A stretch of DNA of 64,000 nt from Haplodiscus bocki (lineage: Eukaryota). This document shows, one piece after another, positions 1-12,457 of this stretch. Within the stretch, counting starts at the first letter, position 1; each line of letters begins with the position of its first letter. Location of the stretch: assembly GCA_965655095.1 (NCBI GenBank), contig OZ296652.1, forward strand, positions 30,690,001 to 30,754,000, read 5' to 3'. The notes beneath the pieces were generated by a model. The model did not search any database. It was given only the letters and a program-made list of their open reading frames with translations, and was not told the DNA's origin. The position numbers and the translations under genes were made by a program.

Positions 1-656
1 CAGTTGATACCCTTAACAGAAACTTCTTTTCCAATGTCGCTTTTCACCATTTTAAGTCTAAAATAAAACCTGCATGGTCTTCAACGGTCTCCAACGACGG
101 TATCCAGTGGACTCTTGACTTTGAACCAGTTTTTTGAATCCGAACATGAAGGATCTTATCCAAAATATGACTATCAGCTCGCATGAATTTTCCCCTGCTG
201 CTCGGAACTTGTCTCCTCAGCAAACACAAAAGTTTTTGATTGACTGACGAGCGAGGGTCTCAAGAATTCCCGAGCCGCGAAGGTTTCGGATTTGCAGGAC
301 GAAGGGTTCTCAAGTGTAGGTGCACAAGAAATGGACCCAAATGGGTGTTAGGTGTCTGATCTGGACAACCTTGTATTTCGCTGGGAAGTTCCTGAAGACC
401 GATTTTCACTTGAATTGGGATCCACTTTTTCCAGCGGGCATATTGTTTTCTACTTTCAACTTTTAGCAAAGTTGCCATCGCTCCGATGTTTTAATTTACC
501 GTTCTGGTTGACGACGGGAAAGTAAAATATTATTCACCACCACCAATACCACTCTCGGAGTGACCCAAAAAACCTACCAGCTTCTTGGTAAAACTTCCTT
601 CTAAAACGATGAAAGTAAAACATCCTGATTTTTTTCATAGAAATTTGTTTGAATGA
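1..656 (+). pseudogene. Outer homolog of the acidic RxLF protein
   Basis: SVGAQEMDPNG..SDLDNLVFRWEVP matches SVGAQNSDTKG..SDLEDIEVSWEDP; ends PDFFHRNLFE* (stop 654-656). Confidence 0.65.
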
Positions 657-756
657 ATGTCATTATAATGGCCAGTTTGATTTTTATAAACAGGTTTATT
701 TGAAATTCTTCCATTTCAATTTATCAAATTCATTTCCCGAAAAAAGTCGGGGAAGC

Positions 757-1005
757 GTGAGTCTAAAAACAATTCTCTTCTTTCATTCCTTAACGAACGT
801 AGTAGCAGACAGTATCTGCACATGTCAAATCCATACATTCAAAACAAGGCGGACACCGCAGAGAAATCAAGTCACAATCCGTCTGAATAAGAGTGCATGA
901 TTAATTGTTCGAACGGTGAAAGGTAATTATATTAGAGGAAAATATTACAAGCTGTTATTGCTAAAGATAGCGGAAAGCAAAAAGGAATTTGAAAACGTTG
1001 AGTGA
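757..1005 (+). pseudogene. Decayed EGF-like gene in outer Polinton
   Basis: Syntenic position. VSLKTILFFHSLTNVVADSI aligns with the inner N-terminus; relics NCSNGE and EENITSCYC correspond to FCLNGG and DEDFLGCNC. Confidence 0.65.
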
Positions 1006-2849
1006 TGGAACCAGATTTAATTTTAAGATTAAAAAAATACAAAACAAAAACATTTGAAAAATTTTATTTCAACGTGAAAAGCTTTAATAAGTTTCTGATT
1101 AAAAGTCTGACACATTGCGAAAGTTTTGATACAAAATCTGGCATGTAGTCAATGTCTGCTTTCAAAAATCGACACGTCAAAAGTTTTGTCTTTTAAAATC
1201 TGAGACCTTGTAAACTTTACCATTCAAGTTCTTGAAAGAGCATGAAAAAACACAAATTTCACGTTTTCATGGAATCTGATTTTAAAAAAAAACTTTTATT
1301 TCAAAATCTGACGCGCTCCAATGTTTTCGACTCAGAATCTGACGAATTGCAAAACCTTGAAAAAAACCTCATTTTTAACCTGTTTCCCAGGTTTTCGTTA
1401 ATTGATCATTTCTTTTGCCAACATCAGAAACAACTTGTTGTTCAGTTCAGAAATTGAAGAGACTGTCTGTTTTTGCATTTAACCACCACTTGTAAATTCC
1501 AAGATGCAACACACGACAAATCTCCAATGAATGTGGAACAAGTTCTTTTTTGATGGGAGGCAATTTTTCAGGAAGACTCTAGACGAAACCATGTGGAGCA
1601 TAAATAATTGCAAGTCAACAGTACCTATCGGAGTACATTACTCTCAAAACGATAAATCACGTGCAATAGTAGAAGTTCCAGTTACAGTCTTAATCAATTT
1701 CCCGGAGCAACAAGAAAAATAAATTTTCTCAAAAACCATGACAGGTACCTCAAACTAACCTGTGATTTAGAATGGTTAAGGGATGATTTTTTTCGATATC
1801 AAACAAGGTAGTGAAAAAACTGATGAGTCTGTAGCATGTGTTCCTTGACCTAGTGGCAGTTTTTTATTGGCAGCCGCCTTTTAATTTCGCTTCGGGTACT
1901 TCCTGGCTACATTGTCAATTGGTTTTGATCAACAATACAATTGGACAAAAAGTTTTACATTGAAGAAACGGTAAGTCAACGTGGATTGAAAAATCAAAGT
2001 TACCATTTTACTAGTACAGTGACCATAACCATTTAAAAATCAATCTAACTTTATCAAAAATTTCACGGCAAGTTTTGTCCTAATAACTTGCTCAACTCCT
2101 TCTGCTAACTCCGACTCACTAAATTGCGTTCATTTTGTCAATTTGGAAAAAAATTAATGCATGTTTTTGTGCTACTTTCTCAAAAGTCTCCTTTTTACAA
2201 GGCTGGGCATTCTGTTAACTCCTCTGTTTCGTTGCTTAAAAGAGATTGCACTCTGCACATTTTTAATCATTGTCCGCTGTTTGCAACCTTTTTGCAACTG
2301 AACCGATAATCGAACACTGTATAGAGACAGCCAACGTGCTGATAGGTGAAACGAAAAATCTGCAATTTCTGTAGCAACTATTTCATGTCTCCTACTAGCA
2401 AAATGTGATAACTGAATATGCGCAAAAAGCAAGTCTTGTTGTCGTGCTAGACAATACAGCACTCTTTAGTCAATATGTCCTATTTGTATATTTTTGCGGA
2501 AATATAAAGCTGTTTCTTGAAAATTGTGCGTTATAAACGGGAGGTGCTTGAATCAAATTAGTAGTCATCTGACTGTTGAGTTACCTTCTGAAAAAAAGCG
2601 AACTTGAGAAGTGAAGTGATAACTTTGTCGTGTAAACATACCAAAACTAGAGGGAAAACCCATGTACGAAAAAACTTCATTTCAATGAGTGAAAAAATCA
2701 ATCTCTTTAGATAGAAACATCACATGGCAAGCTTCGAATGAGGTGAACAAAAGCGAACAAAGACAGCAACATAAAACCGGAAAGTGATTCTTGATTTTTC
2801 ACTCTCGCTAAACCGCTTCTTTCAGTTACCAGCGTAATATATCCAAGAC

Positions 2850-3430
2850 TAAAATTTCTAACTTAAAACAGTGCTGCTTCCCGCGACAAGTTGAATTTTA
2901 CCAAATATCTGGATTTTGAAAACTTGCAACTCAGGTGTGAAGGAATTAATTGGCCCAAAAACGACTAGAGCAATTTGGATGTAAAACATAAGGTATTCAC
3001 GAAACACGACAACATTGACTGCCTTGCTAGTCCAGCATTTTGAAGCTAGAGAATCAGGTTTCAACCACTTCATGTGATTGAGGAAACAGCTGGTCATGGC
3101 AGCAAAAAACTTTGTTCGAGACCAAAATTTGTCTCTCATGCAGATTACATCAATGTCCAAGATTATGGAGGAGTAACTCAATCCTTTTGGCATAGTGATT
3201 GAAGTTGTGGGTCGACCAATCAGAAAGAGTTTTTTTTACTTTAATCAGGACAAGCTAAAAAGCGTTTACGCTTGAGTCCGTTTTTTAACAAGAAAGAAGA
3301 AAGGACCCAAGATTCAAAAAGTATCTATGGGTTTTCGAACTTGAAGCTTTTATATACCTGCTTGATGCGATGAATTCTGTTCATGATAGAGTTATTGCTA
3401 ATCATAACCGTTTGTGAAGTACTACATGAC
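2850..3430 (+). pseudogene. Outer homolog of PC4-like accessory gene
   Basis: NLDVKHKVFTK..FNHFM*LRKQLVMAAKNF..MEE*L..IEVVGRP aligns with inner 15390-15870. Confidence 0.6.
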
Positions 3431-3573
3431 GTAGCTGGCACAATTTGCTCATTTTTTTTTCAGTCGGACAGAGTTGGAACATTGGAGATACGATAAAATT
3501 TTTCCACACGGTAAACTCAAATTTTGGATTTTTTCATGTTTCACTATACACTTCAAAATACCTGTGACAAAAA

Positions 3574-4259
3574 AGTAGTAGAAGGCGGAGCTGATCAAAA
3601 GGGGGGGGGGGGGGTTGGGGACCTTCCATGTATTAGGATAGTCTATAGCAGCCGACTTGTGCCTAGGGCCAAGAAGGGTCCTCCGGCCATGTATTAAGAT
3701 AGGGTATGTTTCAGCGATGTATTAAGATATGGGATAGGGTTCTAATGTATTAAGATAGGGTACGTTTCGGCAAAGTTTTAATATATGTGACAGGGTTTTA
3801 ATGTAATAAGATAGGGTATGTTTGGGCCATGTTTTAAGATACGGGATAAGGTATTAATGTATTAAGTTGGGGTGTAGTTTAGGCAATGTATTAAGATGGT
3901 GTTTTTGGTAATGTATAAGGACATGGAATGGTCCCGCATTGTATTAAGACATAGAATTGGGTATTTTCGGCACTCTGCAACACTTTTCGGCAATGTGAGA
4001 TATTTTTTGCGAATTTTTGGTCCAACCGCGCCCGCCCGGATATTTATTCCACCGCCGGATAAATATTCTGCCGCCGCATAATTTTGACGCCGCTGGAAAA
4101 TTTTTCGCCCAGTAGTTTAGTGTGAGCAAAAGTGGGGCGGTAAGAAGAGCACCAGTCAGCGGGATTTGAACCTGCGCGGACGGAGTGCCGGCCGTCATAA
4201 CTTTTTTGTGATTGAGTTATGTAAAAAGATTGTGGTAAAGTTTTAAGAGGTTAATTAGA
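3574..4259 (+). repeat. Left terminal inverted repeat of inner Polinton
   Basis: Aligns by eye to the reverse complement of 24063-24690. Contains a G-tract, tandem ATGTATTAAGAT-core subrepeats (~3628-3960) and a GC-rich block. Confidence 0.92.
4127..4223 (-). ncRNA. Mirror copy of the tRNA-like unit in left TIR
   Basis: Minus strand reads CCGCGCAGGTTCAAATCCCGCTGACTG (B-box 4162-4172). The A-box is degenerate (TAACTCAATCAC); a TTTT lies downstream. Confidence 0.38.
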
Positions 4260-4320
4260 ATGTGTAAAGTTGAACAAATACATTGTATAAATCGCACATT
4301 TACAGTAAATTGGTAATCAA

Positions 4321-4718
4321 TTACATGAAAATAATTATAGAAGAGAGTACATTAACATCATGAACACCAGTTATCTCCTCTTGCTGAAACTTGAACAAAT
4401 GAAATGGGGCATAACTTGTGTGGAAACCGTGTACGTTGGGATGATCTTGTAGTCTTGTCCGAACCATTTGGCTGTAATTTGCTTCAGAAAAGGGTAATTG
4501 TTGATGGATAGACCAAGAGAATCGGCGAAATACAATTCATGATGGAACTTTGCAATCATTAACCAATGCTCTCCTGGCGTGTTGCTAGACTGTGTGTTGA
4601 TAATCACAAACGTGTCATTTGGAAAGTTTGGAACAAAGTCTGAGGGAAATGATCCAATTTACCGATACTTGAGCAAAGGCTTACGGTTAACAATTTGCTT
4701 AAGTGAAATGTTATTCAT
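4321..4718 (-). pseudogene. Adenain-like (C5) cysteine maturation protease
   Basis: IINTQ..PGEHW..YFADSLG motifs. Has a premature stop and a frameshift; the catalytic Cys position reads VHGF versus FCGF in the outer copy. Confidence 0.88.
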
Positions 4719-4719
4719 C

Positions 4720-6071
4720 TTAAAGATTCTTTCCCACAACACCAAATTTGTCGACTGCATCAGAAGACATACGTTCACCCCATACAATGCCTTCTGTAAC
4801 ATTTTCTAGAGGCGAACTAAAGTATAGCTCCAATCTCAGTGGTTCTCCAATTAGTTTTGGATAGTGACAGTGTTCAGTAGCATCTTGCATTGAAGTCAGA
4901 TCAAGCACTGGTACGTAATGGGCTTTGAAATTATGAATTGGAATTGATGGAATATCCTCTTGAAAAATCATTGCTTGAATTGTTATGATATACAAGCGAC
5001 AATTGTCTGTCGTATCATGGTGTACAATTAACTGTCCTCCTCTGAATATTATAATATCTCTCAGATGAAACTGTTGATACCAGAATGGGTTCTGTGCAAA
5101 GGAGCCAGTAAAGGCAGATTTTGAATTCATTGCTTTGGCTATTGGACGTATGGGTGGGTTGTTGAAAACATTTTCTTGAAAAAATTGGGTCTGTCGTGCA
5201 GGAATGATATATGTCTTTGCCGATGTTTCCATTTGGTTGTACTCAACCGGAGAATAACCTAGTTGAGACATTCTCTTTTTGTGATAGTCTTCTTTGAGCA
5301 TCACGCTCCGAGTGTATAGAGAACAGTCCACAAAACCCAAGCTAACATTGGGATTCTCGCTTATCTTTGTAGAAAAATGATCACGCTCGAATTGGTCTGA
5401 TTCGTATTTTCATTTTTGGATATAGTTATTCCAATGTTGTAAGAAGGTTGATGCCGAGCTTACCGTTGCACATGAAAATCTCAGGTCCACTGTACAATTT
5501 CATTTTCCTAGTGAAAAATGGACGCTCATGGAGATTCTCTGGATCGTCTTCATAGTGATACCCTCCACAATGCAAAACTCCCTTCTATCCTGTCAATGTA
5601 CTATTGAAATTGTTAGAAATGTGAGATTTGTGATTAAAAAGTCCGTTCGATTTATAGATTTGGTGGTTGTTAATGTACAATTCTGCATTAGAATAGTGGA
5701 ATGTAGAATGATGTTCACATGAGTAATATGAAGTACTCCCTCGCCCTTTTCCAAAAATTCAACGTCCTCGTCGCCTGTTTCTGTAAAAACAGTGTATTCT
5801 TTGTGCTCCTTTTTCCTTTTTGTTGCTTTGTATCAAAACCATGTCATTTAAATAATTTAATTTTTAGAGCAAATTACGTTTGTCGCAAATCCACGTAAGC
5901 GTTGCGATCTGTTTGAAACTCAAATTCAATGCTGTTCTCATCAAGAGCTGTAGTGGGATATATTTTTTGTTCGTAAGAAGATAACACACCGTCCACAACT
6001 GTGACTTCCACACCAGAGATCCCAGAAACTGCAACAAAAAGTTGGTACGGAAAGTTTTTTGGATCTGTCAT
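4720..6071 (-). pseudogene. Major capsid protein (double jelly-roll/hexon-like), fragmented
   Basis: N-terminal YPTTALDENSIEFEFQTDRNAYVDLRQT and C-terminal NPFWYQQFHL..LDLT..LRLELYFSSPLENVT patterns typical of Polinton MCPs; located next to the protease. Confidence 0.85.
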
Positions 6072-6072
6072 T

Positions 6073-6416
6073 ATTAGGTGGCAATGTAAGTAAAAATGTC
6101 TCTGCATGACCGACTGCTTCGCTTCTAATTTTTGTCTGGAAAGCTTCTTTTTTGGCTGCCACTTCCAAGTTGTTTTATCAATGTCTGTCTTCCTACGCTT
6201 TGGCACCAGTTTTCAAATTTTTCATTCCGCTACCAACATCAGCTACATCTGGCACTGCAAAATCCAACAAATGCGCTTTCCAGCTGAGACGATATGTTTT
6301 CTCAAGAAAAGAAAGGCGGTTCTCCCATTAACTTGTACAAGAGCTCCAAAACCACGCCCTCTTTGACATCCAATACTTTTGTACTACTGAAGTTCAAGAG
6401 AGTTTGATGCAACCAT
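6073..6416 (-). pseudogene. Small basic/amphipathic QRGRGFG-motif protein (putative virion core/membrane-active protein)
   Basis: Reads MVASNSLELQ..QRGRGFGAL.QV.GRTA; the second copy continues DVVSGKKNLKFGAKSVGRQTLRRQLGSG. Lies between the minor and major capsid genes. Confidence 0.65.
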
Positions 6417-6417
6417 T

Positions 6418-7207
6418 TTACACACTAATTTTAATACAAGTGAATGTCGGAAACTTTTCCAAACATGAGAAGAAGTCGAGGTATTCCCACCGGGACAAAA
6501 GGAATTTTTTCACCAAATCAATGTGTAAGCTGTGAGGAGAGGGTTTCAACAATCGTCTAAACTGAAGATTGCTAAAAGTCTGATAATTCATGTATTGTGC
6601 AGTAGTTATTTTGTCACCAGATTTGAGCTTGGATTTGAATGAAAAGCAACGGAGCAAAGGCGCTTTTGTGTCTCCAACAATATTGTACTCCACAATGCCA
6701 GTGTAATTCATCAGTGAATGGTTGCAAACAAAACCGTAAGCAAATGTTGGTTCTTGCAAACCTTTCCCACACATGAGTGTTACCAAATCATTTCTCACAT
6801 CTCCTCCAAATATATGTCCCAAGTCAGTACTATAACTTGCTAGAACCGATTCTTCATTCGCCAAAATCATTTTTTTTGCGTTAGCCTGCTAACTTTAATT
6901 GTGATACAAGTGGCTCTTTGGTTGTTTCTTTCTTGTATGAGAGTCTTCATAGCTTTCACAATGTCAGTTATGGAGGAATACAGTCCAGGTTCAAGATAGT
7001 AAGCCTCTGTTGTTTTGGATAATTTGTCACAATCAAACATAAATTTCCCCTCCCTAACGGTTTGGTACATTGATGGGTAAGAAATCTGGGAAAATGCTAC
7101 TTCCCATTGTCCGTTCAAATTCACTTGGTCTGGCAGGAACTGAGAGTTTTTTTTGGAAAGAGCTGCGAAGATGCGTTGGAAACGAAATCGATTGTAAACG
7201 AATCCAT
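6418..7207 (-). pseudogene. Minor capsid protein (penton-like)
   Basis: MDSFTIDFVSNASSQLFP..LNGQWEVAFSQISYP and IVEYNIVGDTKAPLLRCF motifs; frameshifted. Confidence 0.87.
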
Positions 7208-7209
7208 AC

Positions 7210-8187
7210 TCAAATGACTCGGATTAGTTCCTGCTCGTAGAATTTCCCTTTTATAAGTTCTTTTTGTTCGTCTTTGATTGTATAGGTTGCAGGTTTTTTA
7301 GTAGCAATGGAAACAATTTCAAACTTTCTTGTGTAAACTGTGGTTTTTAAAATTTCCTGAAGGGTAAATTAGACTTGGAAATGAGAACTCTATCTCCAAT
7401 TCCAATTTTGGGATTTTTGGAATGTCTGAGTGGTTCACAGTAAAGTATTGACATAAAGTCAGAAGCCGAGACATGGTTTGGTTTCATGTCTATGCTACGA
7501 TTTTTCCTAAATTTCATTGTTTTAATAAAGTGAGGTAATTTACGAATGTACTTGTACCCATAATCCTCCATGTAGCGATACAAAAAAATCTTCAGCCAGC
7601 GTATTATAAGTTCCGCAAATGCCGCTTTCGTTTCACTCATTGTAGAGTAAATTTCCATTCCTTCAGAGCCTGAAAATTCCTTGAAATCTCCAAGGATTTC
7701 TGTCCCCTGATCTACCGAAGTTTTTTTGATCTTGTTTTTCTGGTAATCAGTTTTCAAAATGTCTCGACTGTTTGCTTCGAGTCTTTTGTCTTCATTCCTT
7801 TTGCATCTACAGTTCTGTTAAACAAGTCTTGACAAACTAGTAAATACTTTACACTAATATTGTCTTTTGCCAATTTATCAACAAATGCTAGACACATACA
7901 CCAAATTTAATCTTTGAATCTCGCCAAGGCTTCTTTCTTTTGATTTTACGTCTTGCTTGTGTGAACCCAGTATATGAAGTCCTTGAATGTAAAAACCCTC
8001 TGACCTTTGACTGAGAGAGTTTCGCTGCTTTTGTCAAATTGCGCACAGAACTGTATGCTGCAAACCCTTGCGTGTAAAGTCTCTGTAGTTTTTGTCGTTC
8101 GGATTTTGAAAGGGATCTAAGCTCTTCTTTCACTACCCTTGGCGCGACTGTTGACAGCAAGGTCGGAAGTGATGCTGGGTGCGTCAA
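7210..8187 (-). pseudogene. Retroviral-like (rve) Polinton integrase
   Basis: LQRLY..AAYSSVRNL, KYLLVCQDLFNR, VDQGTE, YSTMSETKAAFAE and IGDRVLISK motifs; several frameshifts; start approximate. Confidence 0.9.
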
Positions 8188-8505
8188 GTAAAGTAAAGTA
8201 GTTATCAGGCAAGGGTACGTTTTTACGCCTCAAACACTGTGCAAAGTCCTTCAACAGCACATCAGTCCCTATTTCATCCTGAGTCAAAGTGTTGGAATTT
8301 GGTAGCTTGATGCAAGGAGACTCTGAAAATTTGTTTATTAGAGAGGAAGCACTTGCCCTGAGCTGTTGGATAATTTCCCTTTTTAACGTATCTTTGTGTT
8401 ACGTGGGAGTTTGCTAAGGTTTGATTTCGGGTAATTCTTGTTTTGTGACAATGGTTGGGTTGTTGCTGCTGTTGTAGACAGAAAGAAAAACTGAGGGGAA
8501 GATGG
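8110..8505 (-). pseudogene. Conserved Polinton protein of unknown function
   Basis: Decayed frame INKFSESPCIKLPNSNTL..DFAQCLRRKN..LLDA matches outer ORF 28598-28837 (VDKFLSCPRIKLSNSETI..DFVQQLCRNN..LLDA). Confidence 0.6.
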
Positions 8506-8774
8506 TTTAAATGAGCAATAATACTTTTTGCGACGAAAGAAGACTTTTTCGTTGCTTCCAAGTTGTTTTTTTATGGAAACAGTTCATGAATTTTGTCTCT
8601 GTACTTTAGCACGTGACTTCTTATTTTTTCTGACAAGTTTCTTTGCAGCAAGTTGACGATGCACTCGCTGAGAAATGGGATAAATTTTTTTGGACAAGTT
8701 TTTAGAAACTGAATTTTGCATGCGAGGGAAAAATGTTGTAATGCTTGGAAAGTAGAGAGATTTAGTGTGTTCAC
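8500..8774 (-). pseudogene. Small conserved basic Polinton protein downstream of ATPase
   Basis: FLKTCPKKFIPFLSECIVNLLQRNL..LKYRDKIHEL resembles the short 'EC..N.L.GN' Polinton protein; a decayed homolog lies at ~28200-28450. Confidence 0.55.
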
Positions 8775-9425
8775 CGTCCAAATTTTTCAAATGCTTCAAG
8801 TTTTCGGGTACATAAAGTTTTGATGGAAAATTTCCGCCATTTGTGCAGTAGCGTGAGCGATCGTCTGTTCGCGGAGACAAATCAATCAATAAATGACCAA
8901 AAGTTACAGACGATGCATCCCAAAACCAGTCAATGAGAGTTGATCCAAGTCCCAACTGTACATTTAATATAGCAACTTGACGCACATCTCGAGGTGACTT
9001 GAAAAGAACAATGTGTGTTTTGCAGCTCGACATCCTTTCCTAGTTTACTTTGGTAGAGTGAGTTGTGTTTAATTTTTTTAATACTAAATCCGCGATGTCT
9101 GCCAGCGGTAGCAATGTCCACAAACTCCATTGATTGGCAAATCTCTACACACGAGTTATCAAAAGAGAGCAGATACTTGGTACCGTTTTTTTTCGAAGAG
9201 TGTATAAATTCAAAGTGTACACCTTGAACAAACTCAATATTATCAATTTTTTTACATGACATCATAGAGTGATTGAGAGTGTTGATGAAAACAATAAATT
9301 TTGTCAAGCATGTGTTGGAATGTTCCAACATTCAACCACTCATATATCCAGTAAGCTTTGCCGGAATCGCTCGGTCCAACCAGAGGTTAAGAAATGCAGT
9401 TTTTTGCAGAAACTATTTTGTTCAA
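8584..9425 (-). pseudogene. A32/FtsK-like genome packaging ATPase
   Basis: Walker A LVGPSDSGK (~9355-9385), Walker B-like YLLSFDNS, arginine-finger TAGRHRG, HIVLFKSPRD, and FGHLLIDLSP. Confidence 0.9.
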
Positions 9426-9629
9426 AATTGGGTGAAGGTAAAATGCATCCTTTTGCGCTGCACAAGATTTCCACCCAAACTGTAGATTCGTCACAAGTCT
9501 TGGCCAACTGTATACCCACAAAAGCAACCGAAAGAAACTCGAAAGTATTACAAAAAAATGGGACAAAAACACAAATAAAAACCAAAATCTTCTTTCAACG
9601 TTTTGATCGTTGAAGACAATTTTATTCAA
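9387..9629 (-). CDS. Small hydrophobic ORF of unknown function
   Basis: 80-aa ORF with hydrophobic RFWFLFVFLSHFFVILSSFFRLLLWVYSW; duplicate at ~13657-13927 is frameshifted. Confidence 0.35.
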   Translation of the reverse strand: MNKIVFNDQNVERRFWFLFVFLSHFFVILSSFFRLLLWVYSWPRLVTNLQFGWKSCAAQKDAFYLHPILNKIVSAKNCIS

Positions 9630-9636
9630 ACTGATA

Positions 9637-10340
9637 TTATCATGTAGAAATTTGGTCGCGCTCGAATTAGTCGGCTTCGTACTTTCGTATTTGGATATAA
9701 TAGTTCCGAAGTTGTAAGAAAGTCGATGCCCAGCTTATCGTACAACATGAAACCGTCAAGTCTACTATACAATTTAATTCTTCTAGTGAAAAATGGACCT
9801 TCGACGAGATTCTCTGGATCTTCTTCATAGTCATACACTTCAAAATGCAAGACTCCCTTGTAATCTGACAATGTACTTTTGAAATTGTTAGAAATGTGAG
9901 AATTGTGAGCAAAAAGACCGTTGGATTTGTAGATTTGGTGGTTGTTAATGTACAAGTCTGCATTAGAAAAAATGGAATGCAGAATATTCTTCAAATGAGT
10001 AATATGAGGCACTCCTTCGTCCTCTTCTAGAAATTCAACGTCATCGTCACCTGTTTCAGTATAAACAGTGTCTTCTTTGTGCTCTTTTTTTTTGTTTTGT
10101 AGCAAGACCACGTCCCTTAACTAGTTTAATTTTCAGAGCAAGATATGTTTGTCGCAATTCCACGTAAACGTTGCGATCTGTTTGAAATTCAAACTCAATG
10201 CTGTTTTCATCAAGAGATGTATTGGGATATATTTTTTGTTCGTGAGAAGATAACACACCGTCCACAACTGTAACTTCCACACCAGGGATCCCAGAAACTG
10301 CAACAAAAAGTTGGTACCGAAAGTTTTTTGGATCTGTCAT
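9637..10340 (-). pseudogene. Major capsid protein, duplicated 5' half
   Basis: YPNTSLDENSIEFEFQTDRNVYVELRQTYLALKIKLVKG..NILHSIFSNADLYINNHQI; truncated at the duplication junction. Confidence 0.85.
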
Positions 10341-10342
10341 TA

Positions 10343-10686
10343 TTGAGCTGCAATTTTAGTAAAAATGTCTCTGCATGACCGACTGCGTCGCTTCTAATTT
10401 TTGACTGGAAAGTTTCTTTTTTGGCTGCCACTTCCAAGTTGTCTTCTCAATGTCTGTCTTCCTACGCTTTTGGCACCAAATTTCAAATTTTTCTTTCCGC
10501 TAACAACATCAGCTACATCTGGCAGCGCAAAATCCAACAAATGCGTTTTCCAGCTGAGACGATATATTTTCTCAAGAAAGGAATGGCGATTCTCCCAATA
10601 ACTTGCACAAGAGCTCCAAAACCACGCCCTCTTTGACATCCAATACTTTTGTACTACTGAAGTTCAAGAGAGTTTGATGCAACCAT
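10343..10686 (-). pseudogene. QRGRGFG-motif protein, duplicate
   Basis: Copy of 6073-6416. Confidence 0.65.
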
Positions 10687-10687
10687 T

Positions 10688-11477
10688 TTACACACTAATT
10701 TTAATACAAGTGATTGTCGGAAACTTTTCCCAACATGAGAAGAAGTCGACGTATTCCCACCGGGACAAAGGGAATTTCTTCACCAAATCAATGTGTAAGC
10801 TGTGAGGAGAGGGTTTCAACAATCGTCTAAACTGAAGATTGCTAAAAGTCTGATAATTCATGTATTGTGCAGTAGTTATTTTGTCACCAGATTTGAGCTT
10901 GGATTTGAATGAAAAGCAACGGAGCAAAGGCGCTTTTGTGTCTCCAACAATATTGTACTCCACAATGCCAGTGTAATTCATCAGTGAATGGTTGCAAACA
11001 GAACCGTAAGCAAATGTTGGTTCTTGCAAACCTTTCCCACACATGAGTGTTACCAAATCATTTCTCACATCTCCTCCAAATATATGTCCCAAGTCAGTAC
11101 TATAACTTGCTAGACCCGATTCTTCATTCGCCAAAATCTTTTTTTTTGCGTTAGCCTGCTAACTTTAATTGTGATACAAGTGTCTCTTTGGTTGTTTCTT
11201 TCTTGTATGAGAGTCTTCATAGCTTTCACAATGTCAGTTATGGAGGAATACAGTCCAGGTTCAAGATAGTAAGCCTCTGTTGTTTTGGATAATTTGTCGC
11301 AATCAAACATAAATTTCCCCTCCCTAACGGTTTGGTACATTGATGGGTAAGAAATCTGGGAAAATGCTACTTCCCATTGTCCGTTCAAATTCACTTGGTC
11401 TGGCAGGAACTGAGAGTTTTTTTTGGAAAGAGCTGCGAAGATGCGTTGGGAACGAAATCGATTGTAAACGAATCCAT
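10688..11477 (-). pseudogene. Minor capsid protein, duplicate
   Basis: Near-identical to 6418-7207. Confidence 0.87.
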
Positions 11478-11479
11478 AC

Positions 11480-12457
11480 TCAAATGACTCGGATTAGTTC
11501 CTGCTCGTAGAATTTCCCTTTTATAAGTTCTTTTTGTTTGTCTTTGATTGTATAGGTTGCAGGTTTTTTAGTAGCAATGGAAACAATTTCAAACTTTCTT
11601 GTGTAAACTGTGGTTTTTAAACTTTCCTGAAGGGTAAATTAGACTTGGAAATGAGAACTCTATCTCCAATTCCAATTTTGGGATTTTTGGAATGTCTGAG
11701 TGGTTTACAGTAAAGTATTGACCTAAAGTCAGAAGCCGAGACATGGTTTGGTTTCATGTCTATGCTACGATTTTTCCTAAATTTCATTGTTTCAATAAAG
11801 TGAGGTAATTTACGAATGTACTTGAACCCATAATCCTCCATGTAGCGATACAAAAAAATTTTCAGCCAGCGTATTATAAGTTCCGCAAATGCCGCTTTCG
11901 TCTCACTCATTGTAGAGTAAATTTCCATTCCTTCAGAGCCTGAAAATTCCTTGAAATCTCCAAGGATTTCTGTCCCCTGATCTACCGAAGTTTTTTTGAT
12001 CTTGTTTTTCTGGTAATCAGTTTTCAAAATGTCTCGACTGTTTGCTTCGAGTCTTTTGTCTTCATTCCTTTTGCATCTACAGTTCTGTTAAACAAGTCTT
12101 GACAAACTAGTAAATACTTTACACTAATATTGTCTTTTGCCAATTTATCAACAAATGCTAGACACATACACCAAATTTAATCTTTGAATCTCGCCAAGGC
12201 TTCTTTCTTTTGATTTTACGTCTTGCTTGTGTGAACCCAGTATATGAAGTCCTTGAATGTAAAAACCCTCTGACCTTTGACTGAGAGAGTTTCGCTGCTT
12301 TTGTCAAATTGCGCACAGAACTGTATGCTGCAAACCCTTGCGTGTAAAGTCTCTGTAGTTTTTGTCGTTCGGATTTTGAAAGGGATCTAAGCTCTTCTTT
12401 CACTACCCTTGGCGCGACTGTTGACAGCAAGGTCGGAAGTGATGCTGGGTGCGTCAA
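11480..12457 (-). pseudogene. Integrase, duplicate
   Basis: Near-identical to 7210-8187, with the same lesions. Confidence 0.9.

Noticed and set aside
3896-4081. 61-aa ORF mirrored at 24245-24427 (ending PPPDKYSAAA)
   Set aside because: The similarity follows from lying in the TIRs; it is short with no recognisable domain.
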